From Podarcis melisellensis (lineage: Eukaryota): a DNA stretch of 64,000 nucleotides. Below the pieces are notes generated by a model, which was given only the letters and a program-made list of their open reading frames with translations, ran no database searches and was not told the origin of the DNA. Positions within the stretch are counted from its first letter, which is position 1. Each line of letters starts with the position of its first letter. The stretch lies in assembly GCA_964234715.1 (NCBI GenBank), contig OZ174276.1. The stretch is one strand, 5' to 3'. Both the position numbers and the translations under genes were made by a program. Shown piece after piece: positions 63,189 to 64,000 of this stretch.

Positions 63189-63697
63189 CCTCGAAAGGTC
63201 ACAGGCAGCCTGGCAAGCAAAAGTCTTCATTACGCAGACCTGGCAACTGGAGTTCCACTTGCACTGCAATCCAACATTGCCTGGGAGTAAGTCTCAGTGA
63301 ATGTCAGGATTTCTGTGTAGACATTAATAAGATTGTCCTGCACAGCTGGAGGCCAGAGAAGGTGCAGACTAAGAACTTCAGTGAACAAGAAGGATGGAGT
63401 AAGTGATTAATGGCAAAAGGGCAGAGCCAGAGAAGTAGAAGACACATGGGGATTCCCCATCAATGCTGTTTCTGCCTTATCCAGATAAGAAAGCACTAAT
63501 CCAAACTTTGTGTTCCCCCCTCATTTTAATGAAGATTTACAGAAATATTACTACAAACTGCGGGATGCTCCAAATGTATAAAGAAGTCAGCCAATGTGGG
63601 AAGCGGATTGACTGATACAGAACATACAGTGCAAACTGTGATTTGTAAAGAGCCCAAAGTATGAATGAGTTAAGTCATGATGTCAGACCTTCCTTAC

Positions 63698-63789
63698 CTG
63701 GGATGGGAATAACGGGAATGGTTTCGTTTGGCACCACTCGAGGCGAACTGCTGTCTTCCACATAGAAATGAGCTGTCTGAAAACATTTT
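63698..63789 (-). CDS. PTPRG: PTPRG coding exon, juxtamembrane ([30 protein letters not shown])
   Basis: Manual translation matches remembered vertebrate PTPRG. Acceptor cacag|A, donor CCAG|gtaagg, 92 nt. Upstream exons lie outside the window. Confidence 0.96.
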
Positions 63790-64000
63790 CTGTGAATGGA
63801 AGAGAAACATCATCAGCACTCTCAGGGCTCTCTGACATTTCTGTCCGTGCTAAGCATTTGCATCAGACACATGGACAAACACACACAAAGTTTTATTTCT
63901 GATTTTGTCAGTGACCCTCAAGTGAACGCTAAAATGTGCTGCTACCAGTCACCATAAACCATCATTTCGTTTAGGAGCCTCCCGTTTCTGATCTCTTATT

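Noticed and set aside
17551-63789. Assignment to PTPRZ1 instead of PTPRG
   Set aside because: Diagnostic peptides ([50 protein letters not shown]) match PTPRG.

Overview
Eukaryotic (vertebrate) genomic DNA, not prokaryotic. The repeat content (two intact Sauria SINEs, Squam3-like SINE, CR1/L2 fragments) points to a squamate reptile, probably a lacertid lizard (inference). The window holds the 3' part of PTPRG (receptor-type tyrosine phosphatase gamma) on the minus strand. I traced 16 coding exons from 63789 down to the stop at 17551-17553. All have GT-AG boundaries and consistent phases (1954 nt, about 650 aa). They encode the juxtamembrane region, the active D1 domain (WPD loop, HCSAGVGRT), the inactive D2 domain (HDEYGAVAA) and a C-terminal ESLV motif. 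A long candidate 3'UTR follows, interrupted by two N gaps. The rest is intron and intergenic DNA rich in transposons: Tigger/pogo-like and hAT MITEs with verifiable TSDs, a solo LTR with nested insertions, and a Penelope-like fragment. Almost all ORF-track entries are spurious. I found no new multi-gene system. The best leads are: (1) a candidate 27-nt in-frame microexon plus a neighbouring candidate poison/terminal exon in the D1 wedge intron; (2) an apparent 9-nt acceptor shift deleting GQK; (3) a young GC-rich Tigger-like element built from stacked hairpins; (4) an AT-rich hAT element with palindromic subterminal motifs. Comparisons with human PTPRG/PTPRZ1 and repeat-family names come from memory and were not checked by alignment.
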